Part shown: positions 20,249 through 29,274 of the stretch, in pieces
Layout: every line of letters begins with the position of its first letter
How positions within the stretch are numbered: the stretch's first letter is position 1
Assembly (NCBI GenBank): GCA_017520845.1
Contig: JAFXEU010000046.1
Location: forward strand, 1,702 to 65,701
DNA: 64,000 nucleotides
Direction: 5' to 3'
From: Kiritimatiellia bacterium
Lineage (GTDB): Bacteria > Verrucomicrobiota > Kiritimatiellia > RFP12 > UBA1067
Made by a program: the position numbers and the translations under genes
Notes under the pieces: model-generated
Database searches by the model: none
What the model saw: the letters and a program-made list of their open reading frames with translations, nothing else
What the model was told of the DNA's origin: nothing

Positions 20249-23200
20249 ATGAAAAAATATGGAATAATGAATCGGGCGGCGGTCATTGTTGCTTGCGTTG
20301 TGACTGTTTGCTGCAATTTAAGAGGAGACGAATTTCTGCAAGGAACCGGCACCGCTTCGCTTAAAGAGCGTGTCGCGGCGGATTTTGAAGGAAAGAACGC
20401 AGAGGTATATCACTATGCCGTTCCTCCGATGAGCGATATTCAGCGCTTGAGCGACGTTTATCCAACCGATGGTGTCGCGGGAGGCACCGTTAATATCGTT
20501 ACGGCCAAGGATGAGTTCGAGCCAGGCTCTTTTCTCGTGTGGGCGAATGAAGATTTAGGCAAGGTCGCTTTTACCTTGAGCGAGTTCAAGAATGAGAAGG
20601 GTGATGTGTTCCCCGCCGGGGATCTCGACTTGAAGTTCGTCAAAGTCTGGTATCAGAATAAAAACGCCTGGTTCAGCTATTTCGGCGATACTGACTTTAA
20701 ACTTTGCCCTGAACTTTTAGTCAACGACGAGGATATCGTCCGCGTCGATACGGCGAAGAAGGCTAACTACGCCCGTCTCGTCGATAAGGACGGTAAGGTA
20801 AGCGAGCATTGGCTTAATCCGCCGCGTCGCTTTAACAGGCGTCAGCTCACTCAGTCTTGGCGTTCGACCGAACGCTTCCATTGTATGCGCGAGGACTTTT
20901 TTGACGCGCCTACATTAAAGCCCGTCACATTGCCCAAAAATGAATTCCGTAATTTCTTCTTGACCGTTCACGCCCGAAAGAATACCAAGAGCGGTTTATA
21001 TAAGGGAGCTGTTAAGATGACCGCCAAGAACGGTAAAGCTATCGGTGAGATCCCCGTAGCTGTTCGCGTTTTAGATTTTACGCTTCCGCAGCCTAAGTGC
21101 TATATGACCCCTGAGAAGGATTTTCTCGTATCGGCCTACAGTTACATGTCTTTCGACGGCATCTGCGAACTTAACGGTTATAATCTGCCGCTCGCTCATA
21201 AGCAGATGGATGCGTTCTTTAAGAATCTTGCCGAGCATAATCAGACTATGCACATGGTTCGCGGCAACATGAACAATGAGGCTTTTGAGACGATTGAGAA
21301 GATGCGCAAAAACGGTATGCGCATTGATGTTCTTCAGGGCGTGACGACGAGCGCGCGCGGCGAGAGTAAGGCGGGGCATGCCAAGCGCGTCGCCGCGGAA
21401 TTAGATCGCAGATACGGACATCATAATGTTTATATCGGTTATGGTGACGAGCCGCCCACCAGATGGTTCGTTAAAAACCGCGATCATTTTAAGGCTTATC
21501 AGGGTGCGGGGCTTAAGTTCTTTATCGCGGGCGGTAATCAGGTCTTCTATAAGGCCGGCTATTTCTACGATTGGCACAATACCGCGAGTCTCGCGACCGA
21601 TGGTACGGTACCTGGGCATTGGAGCAAGATGCAGAACGACAATCGCTCGGCGTGGTACGCCGTCCCTCACGTCGGAACCGAGAATCCGTCGCTTAATCGC
21701 CGCGTCAACGGTATGGGCGCTTACTTAAGCGGTTATACGGCGCTATGTAACTATGCTCACCATTTCGGTCCTTGGAATGACGACAGTACGACCTATAAGC
21801 CTATGGTTCTTGCGTATGGTGTCAGCAACGGCGTTATCGATACGCTCGCGTGGGAGGGGTTCCGCGAAGGTGTCGACGATATCAGATACGCGACGCTGAT
21901 GACTGATCTTGCCCGCAAGGCTCAGAAGTCGAGCGATTTGAATACCCGCTATCTCGGCGGAAAGGCGATGCATTATCTCGCTACTCTCGATCATACGAGC
22001 GCCGATCAGGATGCGGTACGCGCTGAAATGATCCGCTATACGACTGAATTGATGAAGGTTGTAACGCCTACCGAGATTAAGAGCGAGTTTACAGTTGATA
22101 AATTGGCTTCCGAGAAGGCGGCTAAGGATCTCAACGAGGAGTTTGAGGCCGAGAAGAAGGCTCTTGAGGCGAAACACGCCAAGGATAAAGTTAAAACCGC
22201 TTATCATTTAGCGGTCGCTAAACTTTACGCGAAGTATTTTCGTGAGAATGAGGGCGGTAAGTATCTTGAGAGCGTCGGCCTTTATGGCGCGGCGTTCGCT
22301 TATTACCATTTTCTTCCCGAAGATATAATGCGCTTATCTAAAAAGGCTTTCGCCGAAGGTCGCGGCAAGGGTCCTGGTAACGGGCGCGATGTCGCGTTCT
22401 GGAATCTCGTGGCGGAAGACGCTTCGCTAACTTCGGAATTTAAGAATGTATTTTTTGAGCACATTAAGCCTACAGATACGAATAAGTTGAAGCGCGCGAT
22501 TTCGGGTGTGATGTCCAAGGAGCTCGGCTCACAGCGCCGCTTGTTCGTAAATGAGCGCATTCCCGCTTTTGTCGCCATCGCCGATCAGATGTGGGAGCTT
22601 ATTAAAAAGTACGATATCGTTCCCAATAACGCTTTCGCACGCAACAGCTTCGACGCATATATGATGGTGGGCCGTTATGACGACGCGTACGCTGCGGCTA
22701 TGGCCGGATTGAAAGACGCCAAGGCTAAGGATATCGATAAATATCGTCTTGGTCTTAGCGCGGCGATCGCTAAGATTAGTTCTTCGCCTAAGAAAGTCGT
22801 AGAAGCTATTCGCGAATTTGATAAGACCTGCGAGCTTAAGATTTCCAATAAGGATCGCGTCGCCCAGCTTTCAGCGGTCGGTTCGGTGATAAATGCTCTC
22901 GGTAACCGCGAAGATGTTATCCGTCAGCTTGAGGAATATCGCAAGTCACTTTATGTTCCGACGCCTAAAAAGCGCTATCAGGTTAAGTTCTCCGATAAAA
23001 CGATTACCGGCATCTGCGACATCGAGAAGTTTATCGCGCCTATGACCGTTTATGACCGCCGTTATGGCGGGAGCATGGAGTTTTTAACGACCGACGTAAC
23101 CTCGGGCGATCGCGGCAAGGTCGGCTCGACCAAGGAAATTATACCGGACGCTAAGATGAAAGTCGTTGCCGATGAGCGCGGCATTCATTTTCTTATTGTC

Positions 23201-23929
23201 AGCGACGATCCTAAGGCGCGTGATGTAGGTTTAGGTTTAGTTGGCGGCGGATCGTTCGAAGCGTATATCGCTCCCGGCGAGAACGCGCCATATCTTTGCA
23301 TGATGATGAATCCTCTTGCCAAGAAGATGACGGTATTCAATACGATGTTCTCGACGTTCGGCTATCGATTCCTCAATGCCCGCAATGATACTGCCAAATA
23401 TAAGGTTGATTGCGAATATCGCGATGGCTCAATCGCTTTTTATTTCTTCCTTTCGTGGGATAATTGGGCTGAGCGCATTCCCTCAGACGGTTCAGTGTGG
23501 GATTTTGAGAATATGTATTGGAATCGCGCGGGTAACCAGTGCTGGAACGGTACCGAATCGATTCACGGCCGCTCGACCTGGGGCGAGCTTGAATTCAAGT
23601 TGACCGCGGCTCAGCGCGCTAAAATCTTAAAGCCGCTCGTATGCAGGGCGTTCGCCGAATATAAGTCCGAGAAGATTTGTCATGGAGCTAAGAACGGTAT
23701 AATCGAGTGGGCTAAGGATCCGGAGTTCTGCGAAGTCGAGTTTTACGAGAGCGAAGTTAAGCCCCTCGTCGCTGAACTTGATAAGTTGGGTGAAGAGGTT
23801 AAAGGCGATATGGATGACGCGACCGTTCTTCGTCTTGCCGAGACGGCGCTCCCGCGCTGGCTTAACGTTTCGTTCGAAATCCAGCGCCGCCGCGCGCGCT
23901 GGCTGCAGAAAAAAGAAATCGGTTTATAA
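20249..23929 (+). CDS. Large secreted protein of unknown function (possible glycan-active N-terminal region)
   Basis: Signal peptide and a 1226-aa uninterrupted ORF with coding-like composition. No catalytic motif recognised with confidence. Confidence 0.6.
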   Translation: MKKYGIMNRAAVIVACVVTVCCNLRGDEFLQGTGTASLKERVAADFEGKNAEVYHYAVPPMSDIQRLSDVYPTDGVAGGTVNIVTAKDEFEPGSFLVWANEDLGKVAFTLSEFKNEKGDVFPAGDLDLKFVKVWYQNKNAWFSYFGDTDFKLCPELLVNDEDIVRVDTAKKANYARLVDKDGKVSEHWLNPPRRFNRRQLTQSWRSTERFHCMREDFFDAPTLKPVTLPKNEFRNFFLTVHARKNTKSGLYKGAVKMTAKNGKAIGEIPVAVRVLDFTLPQPKCYMTPEKDFLVSAYSYMSFDGICELNGYNLPLAHKQMDAFFKNLAEHNQTMHMVRGNMNNEAFETIEKMRKNGMRIDVLQGVTTSARGESKAGHAKRVAAELDRRYGHHNVYIGYGDEPPTRWFVKNRDHFKAYQGAGLKFFIAGGNQVFYKAGYFYDWHNTASLATDGTVPGHWSKMQNDNRSAWYAVPHVGTENPSLNRRVNGMGAYLSGYTALCNYAHHFGPWNDDSTTYKPMVLAYGVSNGVIDTLAWEGFREGVDDIRYATLMTDLARKAQKSSDLNTRYLGGKAMHYLATLDHTSADQDAVRAEMIRYTTELMKVVTPTEIKSEFTVDKLASEKAAKDLNEEFEAEKKALEAKHAKDKVKTAYHLAVAKLYAKYFRENEGGKYLESVGLYGAAFAYYHFLPEDIMRLSKKAFAEGRGKGPGNGRDVAFWNLVAEDASLTSEFKNVFFEHIKPTDTNKLKRAISGVMSKELGSQRRLFVNERIPAFVAIADQMWELIKKYDIVPNNAFARNSFDAYMMVGRYDDAYAAAMAGLKDAKAKDIDKYRLGLSAAIAKISSSPKKVVEAIREFDKTCELKISNKDRVAQLSAVGSVINALGNREDVIRQLEEYRKSLYVPTPKKRYQVKFSDKTITGICDIEKFIAPMTVYDRRYGGSMEFLTTDVTSGDRGKVGSTKEIIPDAKMKVVADERGIHFLIVSDDPKARDVGLGLVGGGSFEAYIAPGENAPYLCMMMNPLAKKMTVFNTMFSTFGYRFLNARNDTAKYKVDCEYRDGSIAFYFFLSWDNWAERIPSDGSVWDFENMYWNRAGNQCWNGTESIHGRSTWGELEFKLTAAQRAKILKPLVCRAFAEYKSEKICHGAKNGIIEWAKDPEFCEVEFYESEVKPLVAELDKLGEEVKGDMDDATVLRLAETALPRWLNVSFEIQRRRARWLQKKEIGL

Positions 23930-23948
23930 CGGCAAAAAGAGTTTTTTT

Positions 23949-25361
23949 ATGGCTGATTCACTACATACGGCATTGCCGCTCAAATACCGCCCGATGACGT
24001 TCGATGATGTCGTCGGACAGGAACACGTCGTTAAAACGCTGCGCCACGCGATTGAAGCGAAGCGCATCGCCAACGCGTATCTCTTCATCGGTCCGCGCGG
24101 AATCGGAAAGACGACTCTTTCGCGAATTTTCGCCAAGGCGCTTAATTGCTCTTCTCCGAACGGCGTAGAGCCTTGCGGGAAGTGCACCAACTGTCTCGAA
24201 ATCGCCGCAGGACGCTCGCTCGACGTTACTGAGCTCGACGCGGCGTCCCACAACAAGGTTGAGGACGTTAAGCCGATTATCGAGGCTGTCGAGTTTAAGC
24301 CGACCTCGTCGCCGTACAAAATATTCATCATCGACGAATGTCACATGCTTTCGAACGCGGCGTGGAACGCGCTTCTGAAAACTCTAGAGGAGCCTCCGTC
24401 TCATGTGAGATTCGTCTTCGCGACGACCGAGGGCGATAAGGTTCTCGCGACAATCGTTTCGCGCTGCCAGAGATTTGATTTGAGGCGCATTCAGACGAAC
24501 GATATCGTTTCGCGCCTTTCGTATATCTGTAAAAACGAGAATATCAGCGCCGAGACTGACGCGCTTCTGGCCATCGCGCGCGGAGCCGAGGGCGGCATGC
24601 GCGATGCGCTCTCGTCGCTCGATCAGCTCATTTCGTTTACGGGCGAGAAGGTGACCGAAGATGACGCGCTCGGAGTTTTCGGCCTCGTTTCGCGCTCTCA
24701 GCTCGAGAATCTTGCGGGGGCTATCCTTAAAGGCGACGTCGCATCCATTCTCACGTCGATCGAGACGTTCGATTCTGCGGGGAAGAACATGCGCCGGTTG
24801 GCGGGCGAACTCCTGAAACACTTCAGAAATCTGGTGGTTCTTCAGGCTTTGGGGCCTGAGTCCAAGTCGCTTGAGGCCACTCCTGAACAGATTGAGACTT
24901 TAGTTGAACAGGCTAAAGGCATTGACGCCGGTCGGGTTTTCAGAATTTGCGATCAGCTCTCAGAAATGGAGGATAAGCTTCGTCATGTCTTAAGCGTCAG
25001 AACGTTGATTGAAATGACGCTCATCCGCGCGAGCCGCATCGCGACGACCGCGACGATCGAAGAGCTTATGAAGGCGGTAAGATCGCTCAAGTCTTCGGGA
25101 GTAGCTGATTTGCCCGAGATCCGCGTCCAAAGCGAGCGCCTCGCCGCGCCTGCGGGAACGTCTTCCGCGCCCGCAACTGTGCGCGAGCCTGCGTCGGAGC
25201 CGGTCGCGCCGCCGCCCGTACAGGAGACTGCCGCTCAAAGCGCTGCATACTCCAAGCCTGTTTCCCATGAGAGGCGCGAAGAGATTTTAAACGACGATAA
25301 ACTCAATTCCATACTCGCGTCGGCCCCTGGCGCGTTGATAAGCGAGATAAGAGGGAGGTAA
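23949..25361 (+). CDS. dnaX: DNA polymerase III subunit gamma/tau
   Basis: KYRPMTFDDVVGQEHV, GPRGIGKTT (Walker A), a CGKCTNC zinc module and IIDECHML. The start is taken at the internal Met of the longer track ORF. Confidence 0.9.
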   Translation: MADSLHTALPLKYRPMTFDDVVGQEHVVKTLRHAIEAKRIANAYLFIGPRGIGKTTLSRIFAKALNCSSPNGVEPCGKCTNCLEIAAGRSLDVTELDAASHNKVEDVKPIIEAVEFKPTSSPYKIFIIDECHMLSNAAWNALLKTLEEPPSHVRFVFATTEGDKVLATIVSRCQRFDLRRIQTNDIVSRLSYICKNENISAETDALLAIARGAEGGMRDALSSLDQLISFTGEKVTEDDALGVFGLVSRSQLENLAGAILKGDVASILTSIETFDSAGKNMRRLAGELLKHFRNLVVLQALGPESKSLEATPEQIETLVEQAKGIDAGRVFRICDQLSEMEDKLRHVLSVRTLIEMTLIRASRIATTATIEELMKAVRSLKSSGVADLPEIRVQSERLAAPAGTSSAPATVREPASEPVAPPPVQETAAQSAAYSKPVSHERREEILNDDKLNSILASAPGALISEIRGR

Positions 25362-25363
25362 AT

Positions 25364-25804
25364 ATGTTTACCGCTGACTGGATATGGCTTTACATCGGCG
25401 CCGCGCTTATGATGCTTGAGCTCATTTCGCCCGGTTTTGTAGTTTTCTTTTTCGGGCTCGCCGCGGCGACTACGGGTGTCTTGACCATGTTCGCGGAAGA
25501 CGCTTTCACGACGATCTGGCAGGTTTTGACCTTTGCCGGATTGTCGATAGTTTATCTCGTGTTTTTGCGCCGTGTCGTGAAGAAGCTTTTTTCAGGCACG
25601 GTCGAAACATCCGCATCTAATTTTGAAGATGATTTTCCCGGCAAGATCGCGGTAGTGACCGAGGATATAAATACGCCTCTTTCAGGGCGGGTTATGCTTG
25701 GGGATGCCGAGTGGACTGCAGTCGCCGATGTTCCGATCGAAAAGGGCGTTAACGTCCGCGTTGTCGTTCGCGACAATCTGACGCTTAAAGTCGAGCGGGT
25801 TTAG
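25364..25804 (+). CDS. NfeD-family membrane protein (short form)
   Basis: Two or three N-terminal TM segments and a C-terminal OB-like segment GRVMLGDAEWTAV...V.V. Confidence 0.6.
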   Translation: MFTADWIWLYIGAALMMLELISPGFVVFFFGLAAATTGVLTMFAEDAFTTIWQVLTFAGLSIVYLVFLRRVVKKLFSGTVETSASNFEDDFPGKIAVVTEDINTPLSGRVMLGDAEWTAVADVPIEKGVNVRVVVRDNLTLKVERV

Positions 25805-25869
25805 AGAACAGCGTTTAGATGTCGTGTGTTAGCGGCATAGGGCGATTGCCCTGTGCCGCTGATTGTCAG

Positions 25870-27084
25870 TTACGGCTCCAGCATAAGTTTGCGGAACTTG
25901 GCTATGTCCTCGTCGGTAAAGCCGACTTTTCTGACGTAGTTTTCGGCACGTTCCAATGTTGTCGTGCCCTTGCCGTGCCTTATGAAGCTTTTGGGGATAT
26001 TGTCGTAGAAGCCCTTGTGGTTGAAATGAGGACCCCGGTTCCAAAAGCCGGTAGCCTCCCAGTCAAGACTGAGATCGTCGTCGTTTACTCCAAGAAGCGC
26101 AAGAAGGACATAAGTGAGGGTCCCCGTGCGATCTTGTCCGGCATAGCAGTGGACGATAAAAGGGTAATTCTCTTCTTCGAGCATCAATTTGAAAATCTGC
26201 TTGAATTTTTTTTGAATTCCTTTGTTGTGAATGCCGCCGTAAGCCGCGAATGAAGCGTGCACCCAGTTGACGCCTGATCCGAGCGGCGAATTCGTCATGC
26301 ATAAGGTTTCCGAGTTGTTTCTCAAATCGATATCCGTTTTAAAGCCGAGATATTTAAGCATTTCATCGCGAGTCGATTGGCTTGAACGGGTTTTGCCGCG
26401 TTTGGTATCTTTTACGATTCTCTTGTTTCTGTTCGTCTGAGCGGCCTCTCACTCCGCCTGGCGGCCCAGATCAAACAGCTCCTTCTTGGTATAGTAGGTC
26501 TGTTTAGGATGATCGTTCATCGCCGCCGAGCGATAAATCATTCCCTGTTTGACGCGCTTGCCGTTAAGCCCGATATAACCGCCGAGATCGCGCACGTTCG
26601 GAACTCCGGGGAATCGGATAATGCGAGGGACGACGTCTTCGGTTTTGAAAGTCGATGAAACCGTCTCGCCGCCCGCAGTTACGGTCCACTTGTAGCCGGT
26701 TGCGATTTTCAGGTTGTCGATATAAGTGAATTTATCCTTAAGCGTCGCCTCGTAAGCGAGTTTTCCCGTTTCCGCTTCACAAACTTTTACGGTGTATTCC
26801 GAGCCGTCCGGTCCGTCCCATTCAAGACGTGTGGTCTTAGGCCACCAGCTTTTGCGTTCTTTGCCGTTAACTTTCTCGGCAGGAAGAGCGAGGACGCTTT
26901 TACGATAATCCTTATTACGGAATTTTTCGCGTCTTTCCTTAAGCGGCATTGTGACAAAAGCTTTCTGCGGATCGGTTAAAGTCGGCACAACCGCTGCGTC
27001 CGCCGGAGATACGGTTTTGAGTGAAGCGGCAGATGCGCTGAAAATCGTTAATGCAGAAAGAGTGATTAAGAGCAGGTTTTTCAT
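25870..27084 (-). pseudogene. Secreted tyrosine-phosphatase-family (CX5R) protein interrupted by one in-frame TGA (26449-26451)
   Basis: ORFs 26449..27144 and 25870..26361 are in the same frame. The intervening 87 nt is open and is preceded only by a TGA. The upstream half has a signal peptide (MKNLLLITLSALTIFSASA, start 27084) and NVRDLGG...YRS. The downstream half has DLR and HCYAGQDRTG. Confidence 0.6.
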
Positions 27085-27423
27085 TTTTACGCCTTTGCTG
27101 TTATTAAATGTCCTAATGTTAGCATTAATCGGCAGACGCGTCAATAGTTGCTCAACCTGGAATATCCCCAGTTTATAGGGCTGAATTTTGTTGTATACCT
27201 GATTTCATTGTGTAGAACTGATGTTTTATCGTCTAAAAATCTGAAAAAGTGATTCCTCGTCTGTACAACAGTAATTATTGTTTAGCCGTCAATGGCTTCG
27301 CGCTCTATTGTTGCTTGCATGTTGCTATGCTATATATAAAAGCGGCCACGGATATGAGCCACAGGGAGTTTTGTAGCGGAAGGTTTAATTCTGCGCTACG
27401 CTTAGTTGCGCTTGACGCGCGAC

Positions 27424-27661
27424 CACGAAAACTGAGGCGGTGACGAATCGCGCTCAAGGCGCGATTGAAGCGTCGATGTCCGCACTCACTTTGAGGCTTC
27501 GCCTCAGTAGCGCGTCCATCTACGCTTCACCCTATCGGGTTTCGTCACTCGCCTCAGACACAAAACCCCTACGGGGTCACGAAAGCATCTCCTGCGGAGA
27601 CTTACACGAAAAGTGCAGCATAAGACAAACATTGTACAATCTGCGAAGATTGTCAATTTTT
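27424..27661 (+). ncRNA. Candidate structured RNA, left copy (multi-helix domain, then hairpins separated by ACACGAAA-type linkers, then a terminator-like hairpin)
   Basis: Long-range helix 27432-27447/27541-27557 encloses three hairpins. Linkers lie at 27424-27431, 27558-27565, 27577-27584 and 27604-27612. A hairpin at 27632-27656 is followed by TTTTT. Confidence 0.4.
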
Positions 27662-27814
27662 GCAATAATGGCCTGATTTTCTTGTGCACTAACTTTCTAT
27701 GTCACTTTGGCAGTTGCTTTTGTGAAGTTCGTCATTTATGATGCGCACTACCTTACATCTATCATAGCCTTACGAAGTAGCTCGTAAGAGGAATGGCATA
27801 AGTAAGCCTAAGAC

Positions 27815-28134
27815 CTTAAACGAACTTCGGCAGAATGTACTCATTATCTCCAGTGTTGCGCTTTTCGTGTAGCCTCCGAAGGAGGCGTTTTTGTGTCGGC
27901 ACGAAGTGCCGCTTTAGTGTTTGAGTTAAGTGACGAAACCCGATAGGGTGAAGAGGCGTTGGGCGCACCACCGAGGCGAAGCCTCAAGGTGAGTGCGCAC
28001 GACGCCTCTTCAATCGCGCGGTAATTCGCCTGCGACGAAGTCGTCAGGTTGACCGACGAGCGTAGCGAGGAGCTTTCGCGGAGCGAAAGTCGCAAGAGTC
28101 CGAGCGCGATTCGTCACTAACTCAACTTTCGTGT
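27815..28134 (-). ncRNA. Candidate structured RNA, right copy (same architecture on the minus strand, about 80-nt expansion in one hairpin)
   Basis: The homologous helix 28110-28125/27921-27937 has four compensated differences from the left copy. Linkers lie at 28126-28134, 27913-27920, 27888-27896 and 27861-27870. No clear terminator. Confidence 0.35.
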
Positions 28135-28329
28135 TTCGCGGCGGAGCCGCCTCTGGAGGTTATGGTTATTACTGTTGTACAGAATGAATAAAGGCAAATG
28201 GGGAAAGGTGGGGATATTCCAGTTGCTCAGCATATTGACGCAAAAGCCCGGTTTGTGGTACCATACGAACGGGTTAAGGTCGCATTTCGGTTAATGTGGC
28301 CGTTGAATAAACAATGAAAGGAAAAACTT

Positions 28330-29274
28330 ATGATTTCTTTTATGTCAGCATTGAATTACGCCGGTTTGATTTTTGTAGGTTTAGTAGCGCTGATTGTAGT
28401 TATAGCCATTTTAAAGACCGCTGTCGTAGTTCCTCAGAAAACGGCCTACATCGTCGAGCGTCTCGGCAAGTATCGCTGCACTCTCGACGCCGGATTCCAT
28501 ATTCTGCTGCCGTTTTTCGACCGCATCGCATATCGCCATACGCTCAAGGAGCAGGCGATCGACGTGCCGCCCCAGGAATGCATCACGAAGGATAATATCG
28601 CCGTGTCGGTCGACGGCATTCTTTATATGCAGGTGATGGATCCCGCCAAGGCCTCGTACGGAATCGGCAATTATCTTTTCGCGACGACCCAGCTCGCTCA
28701 GACGACGATGCGTTCCGAAATGGGCAAGCTCGATCTCGACCGCAGTTTCGAGGAGCGCACTTCTATTAACGCGGCCGTTGTTGCGGCTGTCGACAAGGCT
28801 TCTGACCCGTGGGGGATAAAGGTTACGCGTTATGAAATCAAGAACATTACTCCTCCGAGGACGATTCGCGACGCGATGGAAAAGCAAATGCGCGCCGAAC
28901 GGGAAAAGCGTGCTATGATCGCCGAGTCCGAGGGCGAGCGTCAGGCCAAGATCAACCGCGCCGAAGGCGAGAGGCAGGAGGCGATTGCGCTTTCCGAGGG
29001 TGAACGCGCCCGCCGCATCAACGAGGCGGAGGGTCAGGCCAAGGAGATTCTTCTTGTAGCCGAAGCTCAGGCGGCAGGTATCACCAAGGTCGCCGAGGCG
29101 ATAAACGGCGCTGGGGGACTCGAGTCCGTCAATATGCAACTCGCCCAGCAGTATCTTGCCCAGTTCGGCAATCTCGCGAAGACCAACAATACCATGATCA
29201 TTCCTTCGAACCTTGCGGATGTCGCGGGCGTTTTGAAGGTGTGCACTTCAGTCATCAAGAAGGTTGAAGGCTGA
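28330..29274 (+). CDS. SPFH/band-7 (stomatin-like, QmcA/YbbK-type) protein
   Basis: N-terminal TM segment, an SPFH core (VPQKTAYIVERLGKY...TKDNI...) and a C-terminal coiled-coil EAEG repeat region. Confidence 0.85.
   Translation: MISFMSALNYAGLIFVGLVALIVVIAILKTAVVVPQKTAYIVERLGKYRCTLDAGFHILLPFFDRIAYRHTLKEQAIDVPPQECITKDNIAVSVDGILYMQVMDPAKASYGIGNYLFATTQLAQTTMRSEMGKLDLDRSFEERTSINAAVVAAVDKASDPWGIKVTRYEIKNITPPRTIRDAMEKQMRAEREKRAMIAESEGERQAKINRAEGERQEAIALSEGERARRINEAEGQAKEILLVAEAQAAGITKVAEAINGAGGLESVNMQLAQQYLAQFGNLAKTNNTMIIPSNLADVAGVLKVCTSVIKKVEG

Larger units (their letters stand above)
27139..28240. repeat. 1.1-kb imperfect palindrome: two diverged, inverted copies of a hairpin-array element with 32-nt terminal inverted repeats
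   Basis: The terminal repeat CGTCAATA..TGCTCA..CTGGAATATCCCCA at 27139-27170 matches the reverse complement of 28209-28240. CTGTACAACAGTAAT at 27261-27275 matches the reverse complement of 28168-28182. A conserved core is present in both arms. Confidence 0.8.

Noticed and set aside
26449-26451. In-frame TGA as selenocysteine, or as evidence of a reassigned genetic code
   Set aside because: No SECIS-like hairpin follows the codon, and the surrounding context is a linker rather than a redox motif. Many other genes in the window (for example leuS and the SPFH gene) clearly terminate at TGA.
27440-27676. 78-aa ORF (+) and its counterpart 27844-28095 (-, 83 aa) inside the palindrome. They share ALTLRLRL...SPYRVSSL.
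   Set aside because: The shared peptide simply reflects nucleotide homology of the two arms. Differences between the arms are compensatory for base-paired stems rather than synonymous. There is no RBS and the amino-acid sequence is low-complexity. I treat the region as non-coding, although a small protein cannot be formally excluded.
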